Assembly (NCBI GenBank): GCA_002840405.1
Contig: PHAR01000005.1
Span: 11,894 to 75,893 of the forward strand
DNA from: Deltaproteobacteria bacterium HGW-Deltaproteobacteria-8
GTDB taxonomy: Bacteria; Desulfobacterota; Desulfovibrionia; Desulfovibrionales; Desulfovibrionaceae
DNA length: 64,000 nucleotides
Direction: 5' to 3'
Shown here one piece after another: positions 1 through 8,920 of the stretch. The translations under genes and the position numbers were made by a program. The notes under the pieces were generated by a model. The model saw only the letters and a program-made list of their open reading frames with translations. It was not told where the DNA came from and did no database searches. Positions within the stretch are counted from its first letter, which is position 1. The number at the start of each line of letters is the position of its first letter.

Positions 1-100
1 CGCCGCTGGAGGTGGCCGGGTGACAATGGAGGTCGTCTGTGCAGGGGCTCCGGCGCGCGGCGAAGCAGGGCCGGGGGCAAGCCCACAGCGGGCCTGCTGG

Positions 101-190
101 GGCGCAGTATACCCCGGGTTTTGCCCTGGGACAAAAAAACACCATTTTTGGCCGGTAAAAGGACAAGAATTCCCTCTTGACAGGGTTTGG
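101..190 (-). promoter_or_regulatory. Conserved ~90 bp promoter element, copy 1 (points left, out of the window)
   Basis: Reverse complement reads AACCCTGTCAAGAGG-GAATTC-TTGTCCTTTT-ACCGGCCAAA-N10-TTTTGTCC-N4-GCAAAA-N3-GGGGTATACTGCGCC. It is colinear with the copies at 53786, 62422 and 63862 and has TTGTCC-17-TATACT sigma70-like spacing. Confidence 0.8.
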
Positions 191-220
191 CCGAAGGCCG
201 GGAGGAGAGGGGAGGGATAT

Positions 221-400
221 GCCTCTGGCGGCCAGGGGCGCTGCCCCTGGACCCCACCGGGGGCCTCAGGCCCCCGGACCCCCCATTGGCCTGGGCCAGT
301 GCACCCACGTCCCACGCTTGTGTTTGGCTTGGCCCTGGCAAGAGCGCGCGGGTTTTCGAGCAAAGACGCTCGAAAACCCGCGCGCGGTTGGCCCACTTGG
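221..400 (+). repeat. Composite REP/REPIN-like repeat
   Basis: Starts GCCTCTGGCGGCCAGGGG with stacked hairpins and carries the internal GCCCTGGCAA..GCGCGCGGG..CCCGCGCGCGGTTGGCCC module also seen at ~28050, ~31030 and ~44530. Confidence 0.75.
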
Positions 401-487
401 GAGGAGGATGGGGAGTAAGGCGCATGGGCGGAAGGCTCTTGGTGTGCGCTGCCGGTTGGCCCTCCCTCGGCCGGGGGAGGCAAAAAG

Positions 488-530
488 AACGGCCCGGTTC
501 CCTTGAGTGGGGAGCCGGGCCGTTTTGTTT
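488..530. terminator. Probable bidirectional intrinsic terminator downstream of the NdvB-like gene
   Basis: AACGGCCCGGTTCCC-loop-GGGAGCCGGGCCGTT stem flanked by A and T runs. Confidence 0.6.
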
Positions 531-563
531 GACGGGGCTTGGTCGACCGGTAGCCGAGGGGAG

Positions 564-3236
564 CTAGACCTTGTCCTTGCGCTCCCGCGCCACCGGGATG
601 GACAGCGTGGCGGCTCCAGGGGTGGCGGCCACCATCTGGCAGGCGTTGTTGCAGGCCAGCTTGCCGTCCACGCCAGGAATGATCCCTGGCACCACGGAGA
701 TGAGCGACAGGCACAAGGACGCCAGGTACGGGGTGGACTGCACGAGCAGGATCACGGCCCAGGTCACGATGTCCGGGTTCTCGGTGCCGTAGCGGGCGAT
801 GACCCCGGCGGCGGCCAGCCACAGAAGCGCCAGGATCATCAGTTCCTCGCGCGCCATCAAGAGGCCGCGCACCACGGCGCAGCGCTCCTCGCACTTGGGC
901 GTGCGCAGGAAGGGCTTCTTGGAGGTGAACACGCCCTGGAAGATGGCCTTGGCGATGGTGTGCGTCAGCGCAAGTCCGGCCACGGCCGCGCCGATGCGCG
1001 CCCAGAAGCCGCATTTCACGCGGGTCTGGTACAGCCACATGAAGTGGAACAGCTTGAACAGGAAGGCGCCCAGCGGCGGCAGGAGGAAGATGGACAGCGG
1101 CGTGCCGAAGTACCGGGGCAGCACCAGCATGCCAAGGCTCCAGACCAGGCTGACCACCAGCACGGCGATCTGCGTGGCGTCGGCGAACCAGGGCAGCCAG
1201 CCCGCGATGAAGTGGTACTTCTGGCCCAGGTCCAGGCTGGTGGTCTTGTTCCAGGGCAGCAGCTGGCGCCAGTGGCGTTTCAAAATCTGCACCGCGCCGT
1301 AGGCCCAGCGGAAGCGCTGGCGCTTGAACCCGGCGTAGGTGTCCGGGGTCAGCCCCTGGCCGAAGCTCTCGGGCACGTAGATGGCCTGGTAGCCGCGTTC
1401 GATGACCTTGAGGCCGAGCTCGGCGTCCTCGCAGATGCACCACTCGCCCCAGCCGCCCACTTCCTCGAGCACGGCCTTGCGGATCATGGTCATGGTGCCG
1501 TGCTGGATGATGGCGTTGCGTTCGTTCCTGTGCACCATGCCGATGCGGAAGAAGCCGTCGTATTCCCAGGCGCACACGGTCTTGTACGGGTCGCCGGCCC
1601 ACTCGCGGTGGTCCTGCGGGCTCTGCACGATGGCGATGTCCGGTTTCTCGAAGTACGGCGTGAGCGACCGGAGCCACGAGGGCCGCACCTGGTAGTCGGA
1701 GTCGACCACGGCGACGACGCGCGCGTCCTTGGCGGTCTTCTGCAGGGCGAAGTTCAGCGCCCCGGCCTTGTAGCCCGGCCATTCCTCCAGGTGGAAGAAG
1801 CGGAAGCGCGAGCCGAGTTTTGCGCAGTGCTCCTCAAGGGGCTTCCACTGCGCGGGGTCCGTGGTGTTGTTGTCGATGAGCAGCACTTCAAAGCTCGGGT
1901 AGTCCAGCGCGGCCAGCGAGTTCATGGTGGCGATGACCATCTCCGGCGGCTCCTTGCAGCAGGCCACGTGGATGGACACCTTGGGCAGCCCGGCATCCAG
2001 GTCGTGGCGCAGGGGGAAGAAGCGGCGGCGCAGGCCTTCGGGCCAGAGCATCTCGCTCATCTCGTAGCCGTTTATCAGCACCACGGCCAAGAGGCCGATC
2101 TGCATGGGCAAAAGCATGGCCCAGGCCGCAGTCTCGGCGGGCAAAAACTCGATGGTGATGGGCGTAAACGCGATCCAGACGAGCGAGCTGGTCACGGTCT
2201 GCAAAAGCAGCGAGAAGAACAACCGGCCGGAAAAGGGCTGGGTGCGGCGGCGGTAAAGGAAGAACAGCATGGGGATGAGGCACAGCAGCGACACGCCGTA
2301 CTGCACCGGCCACAGGGTGTCCTCGAGGATGGTGCCCACAAGCGGGATCTTGAGGGTGCGGTCCACGGTCCAGATGCCCCAGTGCGCGCCCACGACGCCT
2401 TCCAGCGGGCGCTTCCAGGGCTGGTCAAAGGCCTCCATGACGCAGTAGTCGATGTTCTGCTGGGCGGCCAGGTTCATGAACTGGCGCAGGAACTTGGCCT
2501 CGTTGGCGATGCTGGCCTTGGCCTTGCCCCAGCGCTCGCCGTTGCTCGGCCAGCCGATTTCGGCCACGAGCACGTGCTTGTCCGGGAAGCGCTCCACCAC
2601 CTGATGGTAGCGCTTCATGCTCCACTCGATGGCCTTGTCCTCGGGGATGCGCTCCCAGTAGGGCAGGATGTGGATGGAGATGAAGTCGACGCTGTCGGCC
2701 AGCTTCGGGTTGTTGATCCAGACGTGCCAGGGCTCGGCGGTGCTCACCTGGACATCGGGAGCGGCTTCCTTGATGCGGCGGATGTATTCCGAGAGCTGGG
2801 CCACGGTGAAGTCGCCGCGCAGGATGCTCTCGTTGCCCACGAACACGCGGGTGATGTTCTTGTGCTCCTGGAGGTTCTTGATGAGCCCGGCGATCTCCTG
2901 CTCGTTGCGCTTGAGGCGCTTGTCGAGCCAGGCTCCGGCCATGACCGGCATGCCGTGCTTCTCGGCCAGGCCGGGAATCAGCTCCATGCCGTCAAGCGAC
3001 GAGTAAGTGCGGATGGCCCCGGCCTTGCCCTTGAGGAAGACGATGTCCTCCTCAATCTGCTTCGGCGTGGGGAACTTGTTGACCAGGGGGTCCTGGTCGG
3101 CGCGGTACGGGCTGAAGGAAACGGCCTTGACCTGGCCGGTGAAGTCGAGCTGAGGGTCGGCCGGACGGTTGAAGAAGGCCCAGAGGCCCAGATTGACCGC
3201 CATGACGATGAGCACGATGAGTGCGTTCTTGCGCAT
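564..3236 (-). CDS. NdvB-like glucan synthase: periplasmic GH17 domain fused to a membrane GT2 domain
   Basis: N-terminal GH17 motifs (VGNE, AEIGWPS, EAFDQPWK), TM helices, and GT2 D,D,D,QxxRW signature (IDNN, VDSD, CEDA, QRFRW). Confidence 0.85.
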   Translation of the reverse strand: MRKNALIVLIVMAVNLGLWAFFNRPADPQLDFTGQVKAVSFSPYRADQDPLVNKFPTPKQIEEDIVFLKGKAGAIRTYSSLDGMELIPGLAEKHGMPVMAGAWLDKRLKRNEQEIAGLIKNLQEHKNITRVFVGNESILRGDFTVAQLSEYIRRIKEAAPDVQVSTAEPWHVWINNPKLADSVDFISIHILPYWERIPEDKAIEWSMKRYHQVVERFPDKHVLVAEIGWPSNGERWGKAKASIANEAKFLRQFMNLAAQQNIDYCVMEAFDQPWKRPLEGVVGAHWGIWTVDRTLKIPLVGTILEDTLWPVQYGVSLLCLIPMLFFLYRRRTQPFSGRLFFSLLLQTVTSSLVWIAFTPITIEFLPAETAAWAMLLPMQIGLLAVVLINGYEMSEMLWPEGLRRRFFPLRHDLDAGLPKVSIHVACCKEPPEMVIATMNSLAALDYPSFEVLLIDNNTTDPAQWKPLEEHCAKLGSRFRFFHLEEWPGYKAGALNFALQKTAKDARVVAVVDSDYQVRPSWLRSLTPYFEKPDIAIVQSPQDHREWAGDPYKTVCAWEYDGFFRIGMVHRNERNAIIQHGTMTMIRKAVLEEVGGWGEWCICEDAELGLKVIERGYQAIYVPESFGQGLTPDTYAGFKRQRFRWAYGAVQILKRHWRQLLPWNKTTSLDLGQKYHFIAGWLPWFADATQIAVLVVSLVWSLGMLVLPRYFGTPLSIFLLPPLGAFLFKLFHFMWLYQTRVKCGFWARIGAAVAGLALTHTIAKAIFQGVFTSKKPFLRTPKCEERCAVVRGLLMAREELMILALLWLAAAGVIARYGTENPDIVTWAVILLVQSTPYLASLCLSLISVVPGIIPGVDGKLACNNACQMVAATPGAATLSIPVARERKDKV

Positions 3237-3781
3237 AGTGCCGCCAACTCCAGGGATGGCGCGTTCGGCTAAAGTTCGTTTTGTCCCGGCGGCGCGGTGT
3301 CTCTCCCGCCTTCCGCCATCGGCCGCCTCGCGGCCCGTGCAACAATCCTTTTCCCTCTTCCCACAAAAACAGCGGCCCGGTAGGCCGCCTTGGCGCGCGT
3401 TGACCCTACTCGGTAACCTTTTCGTTCACCCAGCCGTCAACCCTACTATCCACGCGGGGGAGCGGTACTGCATCCAACCGGTCCAGGCAAGCCGTCTTCC
3501 GTTTCCGGCCAGAGCGCACAGGGCACCAGTGTACCTTTTGTGCGCACCACTTCATTCGCAGCACCCGCGCAAGCGCGCTTGCCCAGTAAAAAGCAAGGTG
3601 CGTGCCAACAAAAAGTTGCTGAAATTACTCACATAAATTCTGCTGGGAAGTGCGCAGAAATTTTTGCTGTGTAATATTTGCGCACTCCTCCAGCAATGGG
3701 CTTTGGCCGCCGCCCGCGCCATGCTCCGCCCACGGCTTCACACGCGGCAGGAAATCAGGCACAACCGGGCCTGGAGAGCTC

Positions 3782-4663
3782 ATGATGACCCAGGCCATCT
3801 GGATTTGGACGACGCTGGCCGCAGTTGCCGCCCTGGCCGCCCTGGCTACTGCCTGGTGGGGGCGCTTGCGTTTCGTGCGCGGACGCCGCGCCGTACTGGC
3901 CGTGGCCGCCTTCCTGCTGGTGGGCGCCCTTGGCGGCTTCCTGGCGCGTGACCCGCTCACCCAGAGCATGCGCCGTGACTACGCCAACGCCCGGGCCGAG
4001 GACCTCTTCCGCACCGAGGGCCTGCTGCGCGCCCTGAGCGAAGCCGAGCCCGGCCTGGCCGAGTCCCTGCGCCAGCGGCTGACCAAGGCCCTGGCCGCCA
4101 CCGGCGACGCGGAGGACCGCAAAGCCGTTGAGCAGCGCCTGCTGGACGAGGCCACGGGCCTGGCCCTGGGCGCCGGGTTCGAACGCCTGGGCAACGCCTC
4201 GGACGAGGCCGCCGCACGTCTGGCCGAGGCCCTGCTGGGCGCCCTGAAACAGCTCTCCGCCTCTGACGCCACCCTCTGCCTGGGGCTCCTGCACCCGGCC
4301 TCGCAAACCCCCATCCAGGCCGCCACCCTGGTCAGCCTGCGTGGCAGCGTGCGTACCAAACTCGACGCCGCCCTGGCCCTGGTGCTGGCTTCCAGCAGCC
4401 TCAGGCCGCAGGTGGCGCCTTTGCCCGCCAGAACCGACAACGCCCTGGCCGACATGTTCAGCGAAAACCTGCCCGCCTTCCAACAGACGTACGGCGACCA
4501 GAAGCAGGTCCAGGCCCTGTTCGAGGCCCTGAGCAATCCCGCCCAGGCCGCCCGCGTCGCGCCCGACACCCTGTGCGCCTTCGCCCAGGACCTCCTGCGC
4601 GCGCTCCTGCGCATGCCCCCGGCGGAACGCGGCCCGGGCCTGCGCCGGCTGCTCGGCACGTAG
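3782..4663 (+). CDS. Hypothetical membrane-anchored protein
   Basis: Two N-terminal hydrophobic segments. Start chosen at MMTQAIW after GGAGAG within ORF 3650..4663. Confidence 0.6.
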   Translation: MMTQAIWIWTTLAAVAALAALATAWWGRLRFVRGRRAVLAVAAFLLVGALGGFLARDPLTQSMRRDYANARAEDLFRTEGLLRALSEAEPGLAESLRQRLTKALAATGDAEDRKAVEQRLLDEATGLALGAGFERLGNASDEAAARLAEALLGALKQLSASDATLCLGLLHPASQTPIQAATLVSLRGSVRTKLDAALALVLASSSLRPQVAPLPARTDNALADMFSENLPAFQQTYGDQKQVQALFEALSNPAQAARVAPDTLCAFAQDLLRALLRMPPAERGPGLRRLLGT

Positions 4664-4899
4664 ACGAAGAGCCCCCACAGGCAGCCCCAGACAATTTTGC
4701 CCAGGCGCGGGCTGTTGCCTTCAGAACTTCCTTGGCGTATCTCTGCGGCTGGTCGGCAGTTCACCCAGGCGTCGCCGCCCCGCAAGGGGAGCTAAACCTG
4801 CCATTTTCTCCTCCTCTCGACACCGTATTCCCGTGCCGAGTCGGAAGTCGGCGACCACCGGCGGTCCCCTTGGGATCAGGCACGTGTGGAGGATACGCC

Positions 4900-5442
4900 A
4901 TGTCGAAGACTCTTTTGCCCCTGCATGTTGACGACATCTCCGCTTTCGCGCGTTCTTTGGGCAGCCAGCTGGCTGACTGCGGACGCACGCCCGGCCATGT
5001 CGAACTCTTGAACATGCTTGCCCGTTCGAGCGGGCACAAAAACTTCCAGCATCTGCGCGCCAGCGCCATACAGACAGGCCAGGCGGGCCAGGCCACGCAG
5101 GCCCGGCCCGCGTCGGAGCCTGTGAACCCGGTCCGGCTGACGCGGCTGGCCCGGCTCTTTGACCGCGCCGGGCTCCTGTTGCGTTGGCCCGGCAAGCGCG
5201 GCATGGAGGAGTCCTGCCTGTGGGTGATCTGGTCGCGCATCCCCGCCCGGCAGACCTTTAGCGAGACGCAGCTGAACGAGGTGCTGAACACCCTGCACAG
5301 CTTCGGCGACCACGCGCTCTTGCGGCGTGGGCTCATCGACAGCGGCATGATGACCAGGACCGCAGACGGCCGTGAATACCGGCGCGTCGAGCGTGAACCC
5401 TCGGCAGAGGCCTTGGCCTTATTGCAACGATTAGAACGATAA
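4900..5442 (+). CDS. DUF2087-family protein
   Basis: GGAGG RBS, PLHVDDISAFARSL N-terminus, and C-terminal WPGKR..FSE..LNEVL..DHALLRRGLID..RTADGREY pattern. Confidence 0.7.
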   Translation: MSKTLLPLHVDDISAFARSLGSQLADCGRTPGHVELLNMLARSSGHKNFQHLRASAIQTGQAGQATQARPASEPVNPVRLTRLARLFDRAGLLLRWPGKRGMEESCLWVIWSRIPARQTFSETQLNEVLNTLHSFGDHALLRRGLIDSGMMTRTADGREYRRVEREPSAEALALLQRLER

Positions 5443-5446
5443 GCAT

Positions 5447-5490
5447 GCCTCCGGCGGCCGGGGGAAATGATTTCCCCCGGACCCCCTCAT
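5447..5490 (+). repeat. Single REP unit
   Basis: GCCTCCGGCGGCCGGGGGAAATGATTTCCCCCGGACCCCC directly after a stop codon. Confidence 0.7.
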
Positions 5491-5578
5491 TTGCTCGCTG
5501 CGAACTCTGCGGCGGTCCCCTTGAGCGCCCCTGGCCTGCGGAGCATGACAAACGCACCACCCCGACAGGGAGAGCCCC

Positions 5579-6172
5579 ATGCGCTTCACCGGCATCAATC
5601 ACCTGGCCATGGCCACGGGCGACATGGACCGCACCATCCGCTACTGGCGCGACCTCTTGGGCCTGCGGCTGGTGGCCGGCCTGGGGCATCCCGGCTACCG
5701 GCACTATTTTTTCGAGCTCACGCAGCGCGACATGATCGCTTTTTTCGAGTGGCCCGGCGTGCTGCCCGGCCCGGACAAGGACCATGGCGTGCCGGTCAAG
5801 GGGCCGTTCACCTTTGACCACCTTTCCCTTGGGGTGGAGTGCGAGGACGACCTCTGGGACCTGCGCGACAACCTGGACGCCGCCGGATTCTGGGTCTCCG
5901 AGGTGGTGGACCACGGCTTCATCCACTCGCTGTATTCCTTTGATCCCAACAACATCCCGGTGGAGTTCAGCGCGCCGGTCAAGGGCGTGGATCTGAGCAA
6001 AAACCCGGTCATGGCCGACACCCGGCCGACCTTGTGGGCGCTGGAGGGCGCGGAGCCCAACACGAATATCTGGCCGTGCCCCGTGCGGCGCACCCCCGAG
6101 TCCGATCGCCGCGTCTATCCCGGCGAGGGCCTGCGCCTGGTGGGCCAGGAGCCCGAGGACGAGGACGGCTAA
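5579..6172 (+). CDS. VOC/glyoxalase family protein
   Basis: GINHLAM, FDHLSLGV and SLYSFDPNNIPVEF motifs. Confidence 0.85.
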   Translation: MRFTGINHLAMATGDMDRTIRYWRDLLGLRLVAGLGHPGYRHYFFELTQRDMIAFFEWPGVLPGPDKDHGVPVKGPFTFDHLSLGVECEDDLWDLRDNLDAAGFWVSEVVDHGFIHSLYSFDPNNIPVEFSAPVKGVDLSKNPVMADTRPTLWALEGAEPNTNIWPCPVRRTPESDRRVYPGEGLRLVGQEPEDEDG

Positions 6173-6179
6173 CCGCATC

Positions 6180-6998
6180 ATGTGTAGCGCCTCCGCGCGC
6201 CTGCTCCTGCCTTTTCCGCCTGGCTGCCGCATCGCGCGGCTGGTGCGCCGCGAGAAGCGCTTCACCATTGTGGCCACGGACCCGCAGACCGGGGCGGAGC
6301 TTCTCGCCCACACCAACAACACCGGCTCCATGCTCGGGCTGCTCAAGCCCGGCACGCCCGCGCTGCTCTCGCCTGCGCTCAACCCGGACCGCAAGCTCCG
6401 GTGGACGCTGGAGGCCCTGGCCTTGCCAGGGACTCTTCCTGGCGACAGCGGCCCGGCCCTGAAATGGGTGGGCGTGAACACCCAGACCCCCAACCGGCTG
6501 CTGGAGGCCGCCTTCCACGCGGGACTGTTGCCCGACGCGCAGGGCTACGCGCGCCTCGTCCGCGAGGCCACCACCGGAGCCAGCCGCCTGGACGCGCTCC
6601 TGACCCCGGAGGAGGGCAGCGGCCTGCCGCCCCTGTACGTGGAGTGCAAGAACGTGACCCTGGTGGAGGACGACCAGGCCCAGTTCCCGGACGCCCCCAG
6701 CGAGCGTGGCCGCAAACACCTTGCGGAGCTGACCCGGCTGGTGCATGAAGGCAGCCGCGCGGCGCTCTTCTTCCTGGTCCAGCGGCCCGACGGCGGCTGC
6801 TTCGCCCCGGCCGAGAGCGTGGACCCGGACTACGCCAGCGCCCTGGCCGTGGCGCTGGCCGCCGGGGTCGAGGCCTGGGTCTGGCGCGCGTCAATCACCG
6901 GACCGGGCGCCACCGCAGGGATCAGCCTGGCTGAACGCTTGCCCCTGGCCCCGGCCTGGGCCGCGCTCGAACGTTCCAAGGAGCCCTCCCCCGCATGA
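6180..6998 (+). CDS. sfsA: Sugar fermentation stimulation protein A (PD-(D/E)xK nuclease fold)
   Basis: RREKRF, HTNNTGSM, SRLD, YVECKNVTL and FPDAPSERGRKHLAEL motifs. Confidence 0.9.
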   Translation: MCSASARLLLPFPPGCRIARLVRREKRFTIVATDPQTGAELLAHTNNTGSMLGLLKPGTPALLSPALNPDRKLRWTLEALALPGTLPGDSGPALKWVGVNTQTPNRLLEAAFHAGLLPDAQGYARLVREATTGASRLDALLTPEEGSGLPPLYVECKNVTLVEDDQAQFPDAPSERGRKHLAELTRLVHEGSRAALFFLVQRPDGGCFAPAESVDPDYASALAVALAAGVEAWVWRASITGPGATAGISLAERLPLAPAWAALERSKEPSPA

Positions 6999-7864
6999 TG
7001 CACCTCCTCCTCGGCGCGGCCATCATCAGCTTCTCGCCCGTGTTCGTGAAGCTGGCCGCGCCCTACGGCATCGCCGGCGACCTGGCCGCCTTCCACCGCG
7101 TGCTCATCGGCGGGCTGTGCCTGCTCCTGGCCAGCCTGGTCAGCCGCGAACCGCGCTCCAAGGTCTGGAACATGCCGAGAAGCGGCCTGCTCTGGTCGCT
7201 GGCCTGCGCTTGCTTCTTCACCGCGGACCTGCTCTGCTGGCACCTGTCCATCCTCTACGTCGGCCCCGGCCTGGCCACGCTCTTCGGCAATTTCCAGGTC
7301 TTCCTGCTGGCCGCCTGGGGCATCGTGCTCCTGCGCGAAAAGCCCGGCCTGCGCTTCTTCGCCGGAATCCTCCTGGCCATGGGCGGACTCTTCGCCATCG
7401 TGGCCCCGGCCTGGACCAGCGCCGGGCACAACTTCCAGCTCGGCGTCTTCTTCGGCCTTTTGACCGGCGTGTTCTACGCCGGGTACATCATCACCCTCAA
7501 CCGCACCCTGGCCGTGTGCGGCGACGGCTCGCAACTGGCCGCCATGACCGCCAACTCGCTGATGACCGCAGCGCTCATCGCGCCCATCATCCTGCTGCGC
7601 GGCGAGACCCTGGCCCTCGACCCCGGCATGCCGCTCGTGCTCATGGCAGGCTACGGCATCTCCTCGCAGTTCATCGGCTGGGTGCTCATCAGCCGGGGCC
7701 TGCGCGAAACGCGCATGTCGCTCGCCGGGCTCATCCTGCTGCTCCAGCCCGTGCTGGCCTACGTCTGGGACCTGACCATCTTCGCCCGGCCCGCCGGACT
7801 GGCCGAACTCGTCGGCGTGGCCGCCACCCTCACCGGCATCGGCCTGGGCGCGCGCAGGCGGTAG
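6995..7864 (+). CDS. EamA/DMT family transporter
   Basis: About 10 TM helices in a duplicated arrangement, with LLQPV and FGNFQV motifs. Confidence 0.85.
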   Translation: MMHLLLGAAIISFSPVFVKLAAPYGIAGDLAAFHRVLIGGLCLLLASLVSREPRSKVWNMPRSGLLWSLACACFFTADLLCWHLSILYVGPGLATLFGNFQVFLLAAWGIVLLREKPGLRFFAGILLAMGGLFAIVAPAWTSAGHNFQLGVFFGLLTGVFYAGYIITLNRTLAVCGDGSQLAAMTANSLMTAALIAPIILLRGETLALDPGMPLVLMAGYGISSQFIGWVLISRGLRETRMSLAGLILLLQPVLAYVWDLTIFARPAGLAELVGVAATLTGIGLGARRR

Positions 7865-7868
7865 AGAC

Positions 7869-7934
7869 GCCTCCTGCGGCCAGGGGCTCTGCCCCTGGAC
7901 CCCGCCAGAGGGCCTGAGGCCCTCTGGACTCCCC
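7869..7934 (+). repeat. REP unit with double hairpin
   Basis: GCCTCCTGCGGCCAGGGGCTCTGCCCCTGGACCCCGCCAGAGGGCCTGAGGCCCTCTGGACTCCCC. It is an intact analogue of the site split by the island. Confidence 0.75.
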
Positions 7935-8132
7935 ATGACGCGAAGGGGTCCTGTCGAAGGCGGCTTTGCGCCGACGGCAGGACCCCTTCGCTTTGGGTGG
8001 TCATGGGAGATCAAGGGGAAGGCTCTTCCTCTTTGCCCGCACCTGACGCAAGTCAAGGCGCGTTTCCGTGGCCTGTGCCAGTATCGTCTCTGGCCACGCG
8101 ACGCCGTCACCATCAACAGGGAGGATCAGCGC

Positions 8133-8846
8133 ATGAGCATCACCAGGAAGAACCCCGGACCGCCGGTGGTCAAGGGAGCCATTGCCCAGCGCGGGGCGGA
8201 CTCCTACGCCATCGTGCCGCGCCTGCCTTCCGGGATCATCACGGCGGACCAGCTGGAGGCCTTGGCCAGGGCTATCCGCCAGTACGAGATCCCCATCGCC
8301 AAGCTGACTTCGGGCCAGCGCATCGCCCTGGTGGGCATCAAGGCGGCGGACGTGCCTGCCGTGTGGGCAGGGCTCGGCATGGGCGAGGGCCGCGCGGTGA
8401 AGCACGGGGTGCACTACGTGCAGGCCTGTCCGGGCACGGCGGCCTGCGGGTACGGCCAGCAGGATTCCCTGGGCCTGGGCGCGCGGCTGGAGGAGCTGTT
8501 CAACGGGTTGGACCTGCCGGGCAAGGTCAAGGTGGGCATTTCGGGCTGCCCCATGTGCTGCGGGGAGTCCTATGTGCGCGACATCGGGCTGGTGGGCCGC
8601 AAGAACGGCTGGACCGTGATTTTTGGCGGCAACGCGGGCGGCAGGCCGCGCGTGGGCGACGAGCTGGCCAGCGGGCTGACGGCGGACGAGGCGCTGGAGC
8701 TGGTGGGCCGGGCGCTGGCGCACTACCGCGACAACGCCAAAAAGTGCCAACGCACGGCGCGCTTCGTGGAGGCCTGTGGCATCGAAAGCGTGCGCACGGC
8801 CCTGGGCCTGGAGGAAACAGCCAAAGGACCAGCGCGCCAGGATTGA
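8133..8846 (+). CDS. Nitrite/sulfite reductase-domain protein (ferredoxin-like half plus 4Fe-4S/siroheme-binding region)
   Basis: LTSGQRI, ACPGTAAC and SGCPMCC motifs. GGAGG RBS before MSITRK. Confidence 0.85.
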   Translation: MSITRKNPGPPVVKGAIAQRGADSYAIVPRLPSGIITADQLEALARAIRQYEIPIAKLTSGQRIALVGIKAADVPAVWAGLGMGEGRAVKHGVHYVQACPGTAACGYGQQDSLGLGARLEELFNGLDLPGKVKVGISGCPMCCGESYVRDIGLVGRKNGWTVIFGGNAGGRPRVGDELASGLTADEALELVGRALAHYRDNAKKCQRTARFVEACGIESVRTALGLEETAKGPARQD

Positions 8847-8920
8847 TTTCGCCGGCATATCTGCTATGCGCTAAAGCAGGTGCCCCTGCAGTCAGCCGGG
8901 CGGGGGCCAGGAGGCCTTCC

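Noticed and set aside
507-3272. Long antisense and alternative-frame ORFs (e.g. 507..3272+, 11670..13481-, 31316..34297+, 55317..56666-)
   Set aside because: Shadow ORFs of real genes caused by high GC and stop-codon scarcity. They carry no recognisable motifs.
7997-8920. Long N-terminal extension of the caspase ORF
   Set aside because: It overlaps the reductase gene in another frame. The RBS and lipoprotein signal support a start at 8921.
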